Source: Octopus sinensis (Eukaryota). From it: DNA of 64,000 bases. The stretch is from the NCBI RefSeq assembly GCF_006345805.1, contig NC_043013.1, positions 41,168,001 to 41,232,000 on the forward strand, written 5' to 3'. Positions 39,810 through 53,786 of the stretch are shown here, piece after piece. Both the position numbers and the translations under genes were made by a program. Each line of letters starts with the position of its first letter. Positions within the stretch are counted from its first letter, which is position 1. Below the pieces are notes generated by a model. That model saw only the letters and a list, made by a program, of their open reading frames with translations, did not search any database and was not told where the DNA came from.

Positions 39810-40790
39810 CCAGATTTAATTTACTTACCGGGTCTGGAGAAAGAGACAGCGCCTATGGCCTTCGTAGACCTTCCCAGACCGGTGAAGCTGATATCCTTAA
39901 TGTTGCTTTTGAACTTCTGTGAGTCAATACACGTGGGGAAAAAAAAAAACATTAGAAGGCAGGGGATTTCAGAGGGCCAACGTTCTGAAACCGAAAGGGA
40001 AAGACTAGGCGTAGTGATTCGTGCAGAACCTGAGGAACTTGATACAGTAAGGGTGTGATACAAAAAAGTTTGAGTGGATGTGATATGAGTGCGGTCAGAT
40101 GCAAGAAGCAAAGGTCTTTACAGTAAGAATAGTAGAGGCAGAGAAAAGAGAGTGCACGTCCTTCAATGACTTGGGACCAAACATCCGATTACTCGTTTCT
40201 AGATCGTCGTCCAGGATGTCTTTGTGTGCGGCAGCAACACCTTGCAAATTCGAGATCAAGAGTCCATTATGGACATCGTCTAAGCTCTGCGGAGTATCAA
40301 TAATCTTCTATCCCTGAAGGGAAGTGTAGGTCTTTATGATGAGTCTAGTTAGTTCCAAGTAATAAAATTCTATATAGTAGAGGTAGAAGAAGTAGAGAGA
40401 GGTGGGAGCATGTTTATGGATGATTTGATATCCAAGGGCGGAGTGACCCTTTTTATCAATGCGGTCTTGGATGAATGAGTGTGTAAGAGTAGCATCGTTT
40501 TAGATGTGATAATTTCATTGTTGGGCTTCGTTTGAACTTTGTAGAATATTAATTATTGTTGGCGCAGATGCAAAGGGTTGGTAGTTGAGATGCAGGTTTA
40601 GTTAAACTAAAGGAGGGCTTTCGGTTGGAGAGAGATTCGAAAATTGGGACATTTGAGTGAGCTGTAGTTCGTTGCTGCTCGTGATTAAGAATGTATGAAG
40701 AGAAAAGAAAGTGGAGTTGATGACACTTGATTTGAATAAGGGAACAAATTCGTGTACTGCAGTGCTAAATAGAATTACTACTAACACTCA
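39810..40790 (-). mobile_element. Degenerate CR1/L2-group LINE 3' fragment
   Basis: Minus-strand remnants SLCLYYSY, SHPYCIKFLR..TNHYA.SF and FPTCIDSQKFKSNI resemble the post-RT C-terminus of CR1/L2-group ORF2. Confidence 0.45.
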
Positions 40791-40805
40791 TATTTACATA
40801 AAACG

Positions 40806-41123
40806 ACACTCCGTCGGTTACCACGACGAAGATTCCAGTTGATCCGATCAACGGAACAGCGTGCTCGTGAAATTAACGCACGTGTGGTTGAGCACGCCCC
40901 AGACACGCATACCTTTAACGTAGTCCTTAGGAAGATTCAGCGTGAAATAGGATACGACTAGGATATGAAATACAGGTACTACTCATTTTTGCCAGATGAG
41001 TTGACTGGAGCCAAACGTGTAATAAAGTATCTTGCTGAAGGACACAACGCGCCGCCAGGAATCGAACTCACGACGTTTCGATCGTGAGCCGAATACCCTA
41101 ACCACTAAGCCACACACCATCAC
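40806..41123 (-). mobile_element. SINE family C
   Basis: Colinear with 31355-31676 (cactccgtcggtta...ccactaagccac). Confidence 0.85.
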
Positions 41124-41476
41124 CATATTAACATGGCATATTCATGGACTCACTTCTACTAACACACTTCTCTCTTCACTAAACTAGTATATTATTTGTT
41201 CCTCATTTATCTTGCCGAAGCAGTGTATGTGCCACTACAGTTGTAGATAGACACCCAGACACATACATACATACATACATACGTACATACATACATACAT
41301 ACATGCATACATACATACATACATACATACACACATTCATACATACATACATAATACATACATACATACATACATACATACACACATACATACATACATA
41401 CATACATACATACATACATACATACATACATAATACATACATACATATGTGCGTGTGTGTGTGTGTGAATGCATAA

Positions 41477-41518
<42 letters not shown>

Positions 41519-41622
41519 ATGTGTGTGTGTGTGTGTACACGTGTATATAACAATTGCACGATACATTTAAAGGGAGTATGACAGGTAACTGACCTGAAAC
41601 ATCTAAGCTGCTGTAAAATTAA

Positions 41623-41780
<158 letters not shown>

Positions 41781-42232
41781 TTCATCTATTACATACTTAC
41801 GTACAAATATATGTATACATACATATATATTTGTGTGTGCATGTATATATAGCTTTATAGACAGATATACATACACACACATATACACAAACACACACAA
41901 ACTCACATATCCTGCTTATCAAGATAAATAGTTATTTCAGGATGTAACCGTTAATCAGGTGATTTGTATTTAGCAGTGGAAGTGGGTAATAGGAGGAGGT
42001 AGGGGTTGTGCGATAATGGAGGGGAGGAGGAACTGGGAATAGATAAATCATCAACTTAACTTTAACTATCAATACACACACACACACACACAATTACATT
42101 CATACAAGATACATACACACATAGATACCTACGTACATACAAACATTTATCCATCCATATATATATATATATACATAAATACATATATATATATACGTAT
42201 GTATGTATGCATGTATATATGTATGCATATAC

Positions 42233-42276
<44 letters not shown>

Positions 42277-42477
42277 GTACATATATAGACATACATGCAT
42301 ATATAGATACCTACGTACTTATATAGATTTATCCATCCATCCATATACAACGTATACATGCATACATACATATATACGTATGCATACATGTATGCACATA
42401 TATACGTGCATGTGTGAATATATATATATATATATATATACATATCTATATCTATATATATATATACATACATATAT

Positions 42478-42513
<36 letters not shown>

Positions 42514-42535
42514 GCATGCATATATCATACATATA

Positions 42536-42990
42536 GTAGGAGTGGCTGTGTGGTAAGTAGCTTGCTTACCAACCACATGGTTCCAGATTCATTCCCACTG
42601 CGTGGCACCTTGGGCAAGTGTCTTCTACTATTGCCTCGGGCCGACCAAAGCCTTGGGAGTAGATTTGGTAGACGGCAACTGAAAGAAGCCCATCGTATAT
42701 ATGTATATATATATATATGTATATATATATATAATATATATATATATATGTGTGTGTGCTTGTGTGTTTATGTATATGTTTGTGTGTCTGTGTTTGGCCC
42801 CACCAACATCACTTGACAACCGATGGTAGTGTGTTTACGTCACCGTACCCTAGCGGTTCGGCAAAAGAGAGCGATAGAACAAGCACTAAGCTTACAAAGA
42901 ATAAGTCCTGACGTCAGTTTTCTCGACTAAACGGCGGTGCTCCAGCATGGCCACAGTTAAATGACTGAAACAGGTAAAAGAGTAAAAGAG
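42536..42990 (+). mobile_element. SINE family A, full length
   Basis: Head through the gtaaaagagtaaaagag tail. Confidence 0.9.
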
Positions 42991-43218
42991 TATACCTACA
43001 TGCAAGCTTATACATATCTTCACATATATCCATAGATACATTCTAGCATGCTTTCAAACTTACACACACACATATACACACACACATATACACACATACA
43101 CACATACACACATACACGCACACACACACTCACACGCACGCATGTACACATTCCAATGTGTACCCAGTAGTAACAGGTGCAAATGACATGCGCGCGCATA
43201 ATGAGTAATTAAATATAC

Positions 43219-43691
43219 ACTCTTTTACTCCTTTACTCTATTGATTGTTTCAGTCATTTGACTGCAGCCATGCTGTAGCACCGCCTTTAGTCGAGCAAAT
43301 CGACCCCAGGACTTATTCTTTGGAAGCCTAGTACTTATTCTATCGGTCTCTCTTTTGCCGAACCGCTGAGCTACGGGGACGAAAACACACCACCATCGGT
43401 TGGCAAGCGATGTTGGGGGGAGGTGCAAACACAGACACACAAACATATTCACACATATATATATATAATATATATATATTATATATATATATATATAATA
43501 TATATATATTATATATTATATATATATACACGACGGACTTCTTTCAGTTTCCGTCTACCAAATCCACTCAGAAGGCTTTGGTCGGCTTGTGGCTATAGTA
43601 GAAGACACTTGCCCAAGGTGCCGGGCAGTGGGACTGAATCCGGAACCATGTTGGTAAACAAGCTACTTACCATACAACCACTCCTACGCGC
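43219..43691 (-). mobile_element. SINE family A, full length
   Basis: Reverse complement of the consensus. Confidence 0.9.
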
Positions 43692-43714
43692 ACACGTATT
43701 CCAAGAACACATGT

Positions 43715-43925
43715 AATCCTCTCTACTTTAGGCATAGGAACTGAAATTTTCGGGGAGGCGGTGTCTAGTGGATTACATCGACCCCAGTGTTTAACTGGTA
43801 TTTATTTCATCGACCCAGAAAAGATGAAAGGCAAAGTCGAACTAGGCAGTATTTGAACTTAGAATGTAAAACGGACGAAAAGTTGCTACACATCTTGTCC
43901 GGCGTATTAACGAGTCTACTCGCAG
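43715..43925 (-). mobile_element. SINE family B
   Basis: ctgaaattttcgggga...gattacatcgaccccagtg...ggcaaagtcga. Confidence 0.75.
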
Positions 43926-44086
43926 ACCCAAAACAAGACATAATAAATACATACATGCTTACATGCACACATGCATGCCTGCGTGTGCACATCCTATAAC
44001 CGCGAGTCCACTGCCCTAACCACTGGGCCATTGAGCCTCTACATACATACATACATACATACATACATACATACATACATACATGA

Positions 44087-44433
44087 GGCCAATAAAGACA
44101 CACGCACTGGTTCTATTTCACTTATTCAGAATTATTAGCGAATAGGTTAACCATTTAACCAATTAAGTAAACGTTTATCTGATTAATTATTTTGCCAATC
44201 ATTCAATCAGCTTAATTTATCAAAGTGCTTTCGTTACTATTTACAACCTCATTTACGACATGTCCTTTTCACTTCAGGTCTGCTTCAGGTCAGACAAGCC
44301 TAGCTGACTGATTGATTTATTGATTGGTGATCGATTAATCAAACAATCGATAAGTTAATTGGTTAAATTGTTAAATAACTAAGCAATAAAAACGAAGAAT
44401 TGAAACAGAACCAATGCATGTATGTTATTGGCC
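44087..44433. mobile_element. PIF/Harbinger (Tourist)-type MITE
   Basis: Imperfect TIRs of about 90 bp (ggccaataaagacacacgcactggttct and agaaccaatgcatgtatgttattggcc) with 3-bp flanks tga and taa. Confidence 0.65.
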
Positions 44434-45352
44434 TAATGATCCTCCCGAGGTACAACAAAATATATTCTAACACTCGTGGTCACATCAAGAATCTTGCAAA
44501 CCAAATACAAAAATGAAATATTTCGTCAGTTTTATTTTACCAGTTATGGATATTTAGGCCTAGGACATGTTAGTTGGAGTGTGAGCATCAGCGATCAGTA
44601 TCCTAACTCTGCCCTCCCACCTTAGATGTAGCGCGTTTATAGAATATGCCCTCTTTTAAAGAAAGTAGAATACGATTCGAAGTACTTTTGTCTACTGTTT
44701 GTAGCAGGTCGATTGATAGCGTAAGTGTTTCCTCTGTTAGTTCGAAGATTTTACTAGTCAGTATTATTGGTAAATACCCGAATAAAACGACGATAGATTA
44801 CAAGATAATCATTCTGAGATGTTTGCTAGGCAACATTCAGTGACGTTAATAGTGATCACTAGAACAATATGCTTATTACGAATGGAATGTTTGCTGAAAT
44901 GTGTCTAGCATCGTTCCTAGCGATCACTTTGACATGGAGCAGTGATATATGTAGTTCTACAGGATGATACCGGTGTGACGTTGAGAGGGAGAGGACATGT
45001 GTGTCTGTATAATGTTAAAGATTTTATTGAATTTAACAATTTCCAAACTCATCCATCTCTGTTGTTGAGCTGTGATGAGTCACGCAATTACAGTGTAAAT
45101 TATATAACCATATATGATATGTTTCATAATTATATACATTGACTCATATAATTTATATCTACGATGAGTCAAATGACTAGATATAATGGCTTCTTTGGAT
45201 AAAGGAGTCTTATAAGGAGATATGACTACTCTTATAAGTAAATATGACGACTACCATAAATATAATGGATCATACATCAAATTATAGTGGGTCACATTGC
45301 TTGACAAGATGACTCATATGACCTCATATGAGGAACCACAAAACTATATTCA

Positions 45353-45582
45353 GGCGGCGAGCTGGCAGAAACGTTAGCGCGCCGGACGAAATGCTTAGCG
45401 GTATTTCGTCTGTCATTACGTTCTGAGTTCAAATTCCGCCGGGGTCGACTTTGCCTTTCATCCTCTCGGGGTCGATAGATAAAGTACCAGTTTCGCACTG
45501 GGTTGATATAATCGACTTAATCCCTTTGCCTGTCTTTGTTTGTCCCCTCTATGTTTAGCCCCTTGTGGGTAGTAAAGAAATA
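45353..45582 (+). mobile_element. SINE family B, alternative-tail subfamily, with TSD
   Basis: Full head ggcggcgagctggcagaaacg and tail ...gtgggtagtaaagaaata. TSD tatattca at 45345-45352 and 45583-45590. Confidence 0.92.
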
Positions 45583-46971
45583 TATATTCATTGAGTTGCA
45601 TAACTCAACGACTATGATGAATCACAGAATTAGATTCGATGATTCTGATAACTGTTAAACGGTGGGTCACATGGCAAATATCGAGTTATGAAGAATCCAT
45701 TAAGTATCCATAAGACAGCATCCATAACTAAACATGCTGAATCTCATCCCTAGAGATACTGACTCAGACAACGACATTCAACGATTCCACGTAACCAAAG
45801 AAGAGGAGTGTCATATCTAGATGTGACGTGTTACATAATTACTTGAGCTGAGTTGTATAACTGATGAGCTCGCCTCAGAAGATACGAAAGATCACATAAC
45901 TCATTAGATCTTTGGATGACTTGTGGACACATCACGCGGTATATCTTTGCGAGGGAAATCAGCTTAGAGGAAACCATATCACTGCAAGCTATACTTTTGT
46001 GAGGAGATGAAAGCGAAGCTGCAAGTTGACGACGAAATACTCAGCAGTCTTAATTTCGTTGCCATTCCAAGCTTTGTATCCGATTGCATGTTAAAGCTGG
46101 TGAATGAGTAAAGTACTTAGTTGTTACTCATTCATCAAACCGCACTGCCTCCCCTGTCTGCCTTTTCAGCCGAAACCACAAAAGCCTCTGCTACATAAAA
46201 CTATCTAGTTGCATACCACTACCACTCAGGCCAGTTGATAGACCCATCTGTCTCTTACTCCCTTCATTAATACCTTCCTTCATCCCTGCTGCCTCTACAC
46301 AAACCACAATACTTAATCCTTCCTTCTTGGAAATCCCTTCTTTAGAGATATCATTTTAGAGATGGTTTTTAACTTATCATCAATCGTACCAGTGTTCCCA
46401 GTCGATGTGGCTGGTGGTGATATGAAGCCCCTGTCTAAATCCTAAAAACAAATCCATTGTTTGCTGGGTTGAACCGTTGAGAATAAAATAGATACTGAAA
46501 CAACAGAGACGTCACAACATACATAAAATGCCATGCAATATGTTTACACTTTTCTGCGCTTTCACTTCAAGCCTCTGCGAAGATAACTTTACCGTTCCTC
46601 CTTTCGGGGTCGATGAAATAAAGTATATCACTTTTTGGGAGTGAACCGGTGGAATTATTAGAACGTCAGATGAAATCCCTCGCGGTGTCGGTTCTGGTTC
46701 TTTACATTCTGTTTCTTATTTTCGTTTTTAAGGGCTATCTTATTGTCTCACCCGATTAAACATAACCACCAGATTCGTGAGTGACTTTAACGGAGTTCAT
46801 TTTGCTGCATGCATTCGAACTACGTCTTCGTTTACAGGAGTAAAGTTCTTTTCTTTTTCCTACCAGTCTTGGAGGCTATGAAGAAAAAAAAATAAAGATA
46901 GAGTTAGATGTGCTGCCTTTATCTTCTTGATTAAATGGTAGGAAAAAATTACTATATATTTTAGACATATA

Positions 46972-47316
46972 GGCGCAGGAGTGGCTGTGTGATAAGTAGC
47001 TTGCTTACAAACCACATGGTTCTGGATTCAGTCCCACAGTGTGGCACCTTGGGCAAGTGTCTTCTACTATACGCTCGGTCCGACCAAAGCCTTGTGAGGG
47101 GAATGGTAGACGGAACTGAAAAAAGTGCCCGTCGTATATATGTATATATATATATATATATAATATATAATATATATATAATATATTATATATATTACAT
47201 AAAGGGAAAGTTTACGAAAATAAACAAAAGACGAAGGCATGTGGAATACAAACAAACAAATGTATTAGTATAGCGCTCAGGAATAGAAAAAGTATATATA
47301 TATATATATATGTATG

Positions 47317-47362
<46 letters not shown>

Positions 47363-47620
47363 TGTATGTATGTATGTATGTATGTATGTATGTATGTGTG
47401 TGTGTGTATATGTTTGTGTGTCTGTGTTTGTCACCCCAACATCGCTTGACAACCGATGCTGGTATGTTTACGTCCCCGTAACTTAGCGGTTCGGCAAAAG
47501 AGAGAGATAGAATAAGTACTAGGCTTCCAAAGAATAAGTCCTGGGATCGATTTGCTCGACTAAAGGCGATGCTCCAGCATATCCGCAGTCAAATGCCTGA
47601 AACAATTAAAAGTTAAAAGA
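46972..47620 (+). mobile_element. SINE family A carrying a Penelope pLTR fragment (47195-47292, minus strand) in its internal (TA)n
   Basis: Head at 46972 and tail at 47620. The insert aaacaaaagacgaaggcatgtgg is the reverse of the pLTR motif cctgccttcgtcttttg at 26537. Confidence 0.8.
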
Positions 47621-47996
47621 TGATAAAACGTACTTTAGACATACACAGTAAATAAGCGCCAATAAGATAACAAAAAATGAACTTATCGAACTCTTATCGA
47701 ATTTTACTGTACACTAATTAATGCCAGTGTAGGACCATTACCATTTTCTTCAGATACCATATTGAATTTTCTGTCTGCCCGTCTCTAAGAGCCCCAATTT
47801 TGTAGGCCAGCGTACTACCAACATGTTGTATTGGATCGATATTATACTTGGAAGATGATTATGGCGGCAACCTTTGTGGAAAACGGCCACAGATAGACAC
47901 AGACATAAAATGGGATGCTTCCTCGGCTAATATCTCGCTATGTTATTGGCAGATGTTGTAGGAAGAACAGAAACCATCAAAGAAATAAATGCCAAT

Positions 47997-48200
<204 letters not shown>

Positions 48201-48734
48201 GACAACAACAAGAAAGAAAAAAAGGAAGGAAGAAAGAAAGAAAGAAAGAAAGGAAGAAGAAAAGAAAAGAAAATATGCGAACGTAGAAAATAAATGGTCG
48301 CATCTAAGCCTATATATTACAAATTTCGTTTTTATAAAGCTTCCTTGATTTTATAAATTAATAACCAATAGAGAAGAATTTGCAGCAGTTAATATCATTC
48401 ATGCATGACTCTCATTTATAATAAATAGATGTTCAATAAATAATACATTAATATTTATTGGATATTTTAGTTGTTGTTGTAGTAGTTTGTTCGGCCAGTG
48501 CATGCTCCAGCCTGCTGCTGTTGTTGCTGTTGTTGCTGTTCTTGTTGTTGTTGCTGCTGCTGCCGTCGACGTTGTTATTGTTGTTGCTATGTTATTAATA
48601 ATATTATTTTATTCGATTTCAATGCAAACCTCCATACACATATTTTTTTTGTAACCTGTCCCTCTATTTTCACCCACGTCCCACGTTATTTGAGGTAATA
48701 ATAATAAAAAAAATCCATTCTTCTTCTTCTTCTT

Positions 48735-48795
<61 letters not shown>

Positions 48796-48796
<1 letters not shown>

Positions 48797-50627
48797 TTTT
48801 TTTTTCTTCTTTCAAATTTTCTTCCATTTCTTGCCGAGTGTCTTCCCGACTCCTAGGGCAAAGAAACTCATAGTGTATATTGGTAGGCCATTAAACCAAA
48901 CTCAGTAGTTCGTTAATTTTTTTTTTTTTTTTTTTTTTTTTAAAGTTAAATTAAAATACATGAGCAGCAACAGTTCTCACATCGACAATGCTCTTCTCAA
49001 TACGTGTGATGTACCAGTTAAGACAATCTTTTGCACTTCTTGCAGGGATGGTAAGCCAGGGATCATTCTCATATAATTTTCGGTTCCCTTCTTGATCATT
49101 CCTAGTGCTCCTACGATCACTGGTATTGTAACCGCCTTGAGATGCCACATTTTCTCAATTTCAATGAGTAGGTCTTTATATTTTCTGAGCTTGTCAAACT
49201 CTTTCGCTGAGATATTATGATCACAGGGGATGCTCATGTCGATCAATAAGCAAACTTTATTGTTTTGGTCTTTCACAACAATATCTGGTTTATTGGCCTT
49301 GATGGTTCGGTCTGTATGTACTGGAAAGTCCACAGAATGGTTACATTTTCTCCTTCAGTTACAGCCTCAGGGTGGTGATTATACCACTTGCCGGCAGTTT
49401 TGATATTGTAATGCCGACTTATTAGCCAGTGGAGATATTGGCCACTCTGTCATGTCTTAATTTATACTCACTGGTGCTAAACTTTACATCCAGAGATTAG
49501 GTGGTCCACTGTTTCAATCATGTCGTTGCAGAATCGGCATTTTGGGTTTGCTCCATTTTTCATCACATTGGCCTGGTAGTTCCGGGTTAATAGGCTTTGG
49601 TCTTGAGCAGCCAGGATGAAACCTTCGCTCTCTGCTTTTAGCCCTGAGCTCCGCAGCCACTGATGGGTTTGCTTCTGGTCAACATCAGCTTGTTTGCTGC
49701 GGGTCACATATTTGCCGTGCAGAGGTTTCTCCTCCCACCTATCAGCCAATTGCTCGTGCGCTTTTTTCATTGCCATCATTTTCACCTTCTTTGCAACAAT
49801 AGTTGCCGTACTTCCCTCGGGTTGTTCAGTTTGGGTATCCTGCACGAGATCAATAGCAAATTTTTTGCTTTCCTTGATGATAGAATGAAGCTTCTTTCGT
49901 CTCTCGTGATTTTCCACGAGCTTTAGCATCCAGTCATTCGATATTTCGAGATATTTGGCCAGTCCAATTGTGGTTGTTTTGTAAGCTAGTTCAAATTGGA
50001 TCAGGCCTCGACCTCCTTGGGCTCTGGGAAGGTAAAGGCGATCTACGTCTGCCTTTGGGTGGTGCATCCTATTACAACTCAGCAGCTTGCGTATTTTTCT
50101 ATCTATATTCTTTACTTCACTCATATTCCAGTTCAACACATTGTAGCTATAAGTAACAGCTGGAACTGCTAAGGATTTATAGCTAACACCTTGTTACGTG
50201 CATTTAGTTCAGATTTCAGGACTGCACGAACTCTCCTATAACATTCCTTCCTGATTTTCTCTTTCATGCTTGCATGCTGAATACCAGAGCCTTCATTTAT
50301 CCCTAAATATTTGTATGTCTGTTCTTGCTCAAGCTCTCTTATGACTGTGTCAACATCTAACACGACTGAATTTGTGGTCTTCACTTTCCCTTCTGGAAAG
50401 TGGCCTTGGCACACTTCTCAAGTCCAAACTCCATCCCGATGTCATCGCTGAATGCTTTCACGGTGCGCAATAGGCCTTCAGTTCATTATTGTCTTTACCA
50501 TAAAGTTTTAAGTCATCCATATAAAATAGATGGCTTATTTTTTTATTGGCAATTTTATACCCATACCCTGTTCTTTTAATTCACTTGTAAGGGGTATTAG
50601 GGCTATGCAGAATATTAAAGGTGAGGC
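48796..50627 (-). mobile_element. 5'-truncated R4/Dong-clade non-LTR retrotransposon (RT, CCHC and restriction-like endonuclease)
   Basis: RT: SPLIFCIALIPL...SHLFYMDDLKLY, YKYLG, RLYLPRAQGGRGL. CCHC: CRFCNDMIETVDHLISGC. RLE: ANKPDIVVKD...LIDMSIP.D.NI..KE..KL.KY. (TAA)n arrays lie on both sides. Confidence 0.9.
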
Positions 50628-50651
50628 AAGTACTCCATTAGAGTTGTATAA

Positions 50652-50718
<67 letters not shown>

Positions 50719-51109
50719 GTTATTATTATTATTGTTGTTATTATTATCTCTTACCTCCCCCTCTATCTGTGGAAGAAGCCGACTGTCTTCAGATATGCCT
50801 TTTTTTATCTATGTCGAGGGAGATCAGCATACATGTATGTATGTATGTATGTATGTATGTATGTATGTAGGTATGTAGTATGTTGTATAACATGCATGTA
50901 TTCCGCGTTAATAATGATCGAAGTTTCTTGTTAAACACTGAATTATATACATACATAGAAACATGCATAATTATAATATATATATATATAATAGATATAT
51001 ATATATATATATATATATACTCATATATATACTATATTTATAACCTCTTTGCATATGTTTCATATAGAAGAATACATCGATATACACATATATAGTCTGC
51101 GTCTGTGTA

Positions 51110-51148
<39 letters not shown>

Positions 51149-51984
51149 TGTGTGTGTGTGTGTGTGTGATCATACACCCTGCCGACAAGCATATAGATAT
51201 ACAAACACACACTCAAAATGTCACCCGAAATGTAAGAAAACGCAGATAAAATGTATAACAACTTTATAGTTATAAGAGTTTAAATGTTAGGATAAAATAT
51301 AGAAAATCAAAATATAAACAAGAGCTGGTATAATGCGATGATAAGATATACTTTATAGAACTAACAAGAAATTATATTTATATCGAATTTAGTGTAGAGC
51401 ACAATGGAAAGAGATAAAATCAATTTTAAGGCGATAGTAAAATAAAATATATTATAAAAGGTCAAACGAAATTATATGTGGAAAAGTAAGTATGAAAGTA
51501 TGCATATATGTATGTATATATTTAAGTATGTGAGTGTGCATATATATGGTTATATTTGTAGAATTAATAAAATATAGAAAACAAGTAGGTATTCAATACT
51601 TTATAGAGTCTACACAGGTTTCGTTTAATTGTCTTCATGATTACATAATAGCTGTTGAAACATAATACATAAACATCTCCTCATTGTTCAGCATTATGTA
51701 TAAAACGAGTGTTAAATGCTCAATATATATTCTAGCTATGAAAATTCTCGGCAGCCTTACAACTAGCTCGATAGAGTAGGAGACAAAAATAAACAAAAAC
51801 CGACCGTTGATGCATGTGTGTGCGTGTGCGTGTGTGTAAATTTATGATCCAATGTTCGAGGTATAGGAAGAAAGTTAGCTTCAAGAAATCCGTATTAAAA
51901 TTAAAATAAAACTTTCAGGGACAATAGTGGTTTATTGAGACGGAAGGTTGTGGATTTTTCGTAACTCTTGTATATATATATATG

Positions 51985-52865
51985 TATTTTCTTTAACTCT
52001 TTAACTAGTTTCAGCTTGAAACCTGCGGTCATGCTGGGGCACCACCATTGGCTTTGCTATGCCTTCATTATTTGAAACCTCCTCTGATATGTGGCATTTG
52101 GTGAATGAGGGAGTTTGATGCTGTTGCCCACATCTGTATTTCCTGCTGTATGGTGGGCTCATTTGGTTTTGTTTTGAAGACACCTACATCCACAACATGC
52201 AGGTCTCTCAGGCATTTTCGAAGGATATTGAAGGACTGTGGGCCATAGAAACCAAAGCTGTTGCAGTATCTGGCCCAGTATTTTGATAGCGATGTCAGGA
52301 TCTATGACACCACGCAGCGGCGTCCTGTTCTGCTATTTGTATAACTTTTCAATGTCAAAGTTTGACATGAGTCTTTTCAGGATCTTCCAGATGTCTATCA
52401 CTGCATATCTTTCCCGGATTCGTTCTCGGGAATAGAGACTTAACTTTTCAGCCTCTCCCAGTAGCTTATACGCTGCATTGACATGAATTGTTTTGTATAG
52501 CTTCGCTGGATTGCTTCAAGTTTCGTCAGTAATATTATACTCTATGGTGACCAAATTTGGGAGCAGTAGACCAAGCGGCTGAGGACATATTCCTACAAAG
52601 GACCATTATAGTTTGTTGTTCTCTCATTCTGAAATTTCGGAGAATCGATCCGCTAGCTGTTTGCATTTTATTGCCAAATTAGTAATTTACACTGGGAAAG
52701 TTGCCTCCTTACTCATGTCAATGCCCAGGAGAGGCATCGATTTTGATTCACAAATTGCAAATCCTCCTAGGTCAGTATCTTCTGTGTGCATTCCGTTCAG
52801 CTTTGTGTGCTGGTAGCGCGGAACTTGGAATTTTCCAGCATCAAATCTGCATGTTATTGTCCTCA
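51985..52865 (-). mobile_element. CR1-clade LINE 3' fragment
   Basis: Minus-strand remnants EDNNMQ, LGIDMS, YCSQIWSP, KLEAIQRSYTK and SYWERLK.LSLYSRER.RERY, then a 3' UTR ending ggtggtgccccagcatgaccgcagg...gctgaaactagttaaaga. Confidence 0.8.
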
Positions 52866-52876
52866 TATATATGTGT

Positions 52877-52919
<43 letters not shown>

Positions 52920-53096
52920 AAAGTTGAGGAGGAGGAGGATTAGTTAAGACAGATTTTGAAGAGTAGAGTGATTACAAAAAAAAAAGCTTTAAGAAAAATA
53001 TTATGAAATCTTTTATGAGAATGCTGGATGTTGCTAAACTTCTTTGGGAGTGTGAGCGCTTTCGTTAAACCTTTTCAAAAACACGTAATAGTTATA

Positions 53097-53139
<43 letters not shown>

Positions 53140-53179
53140 GTAATATTTATGTATATATATGTAATATATATGTATACAT

Positions 53180-53555
53180 TTTTACTATTTTACTCGTTTC
53201 AGCCATGCGGTCGTGGTCATGCTAGAGCACCACCATAGTTTTTTCTGATTTTGTCAGTCTGGATGTTTCACATCACCACTCCTGTATGTGCCTTTGTCTC
53301 AGTTGTTGGTACATCTGGTGTCTTTGTGATTCCGCTGCCCTCGACTGCATCTCTTGTCGAGCTGTTGGTTCATTCGCTATTGTGAAAAGGAGGATGGATG
53401 TCTAACTCCTTTTTGAAGACCTCTAGTCCCACCATAAGCAGATTTCTTAATTTTGGGGGCCGGGCATTGAAGAGCTGTGGACCCTTGAACCGTAGACTAT
53501 TGCAGTACCTGGTCCTGAATTTAGATGGAGTGGATGGTACTTTTGGTACAATACC
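53180..53555 (-). mobile_element. Second CR1-clade LINE 3' end
   Basis: VPKVPSTPSKFRTRYCNSLRFKGPQLFN..P.KLRNL...VFKKELD, with the same 3' tail ggtggtgctctagcatgacc...gctgaaacgagtaaaatagtaaaa. Confidence 0.8.
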
Positions 53556-53566
53556 ACATATATATG

Positions 53567-53654
<88 letters not shown>

Positions 53655-53657
<3 letters not shown>

Positions 53658-53786
53658 CCGGAGTAAACACATAAATGGAAACAAGGTGGAAAAAAGAGTA
53701 CTCAAATACCAGTGTGGAGTAATATGCTTTATTTAAAGCAGCAGAAAATTCACAAAGCCTGTTACTCTGAGTTTTCCCGTTGCCGG
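53655..53786 (-). mobile_element. Probable Penelope-like pLTR end next to (TA)n
   Basis: Same architecture as the other pLTR ends (short T-rich end abutting (TA)n). No coding part is present. Confidence 0.4.
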
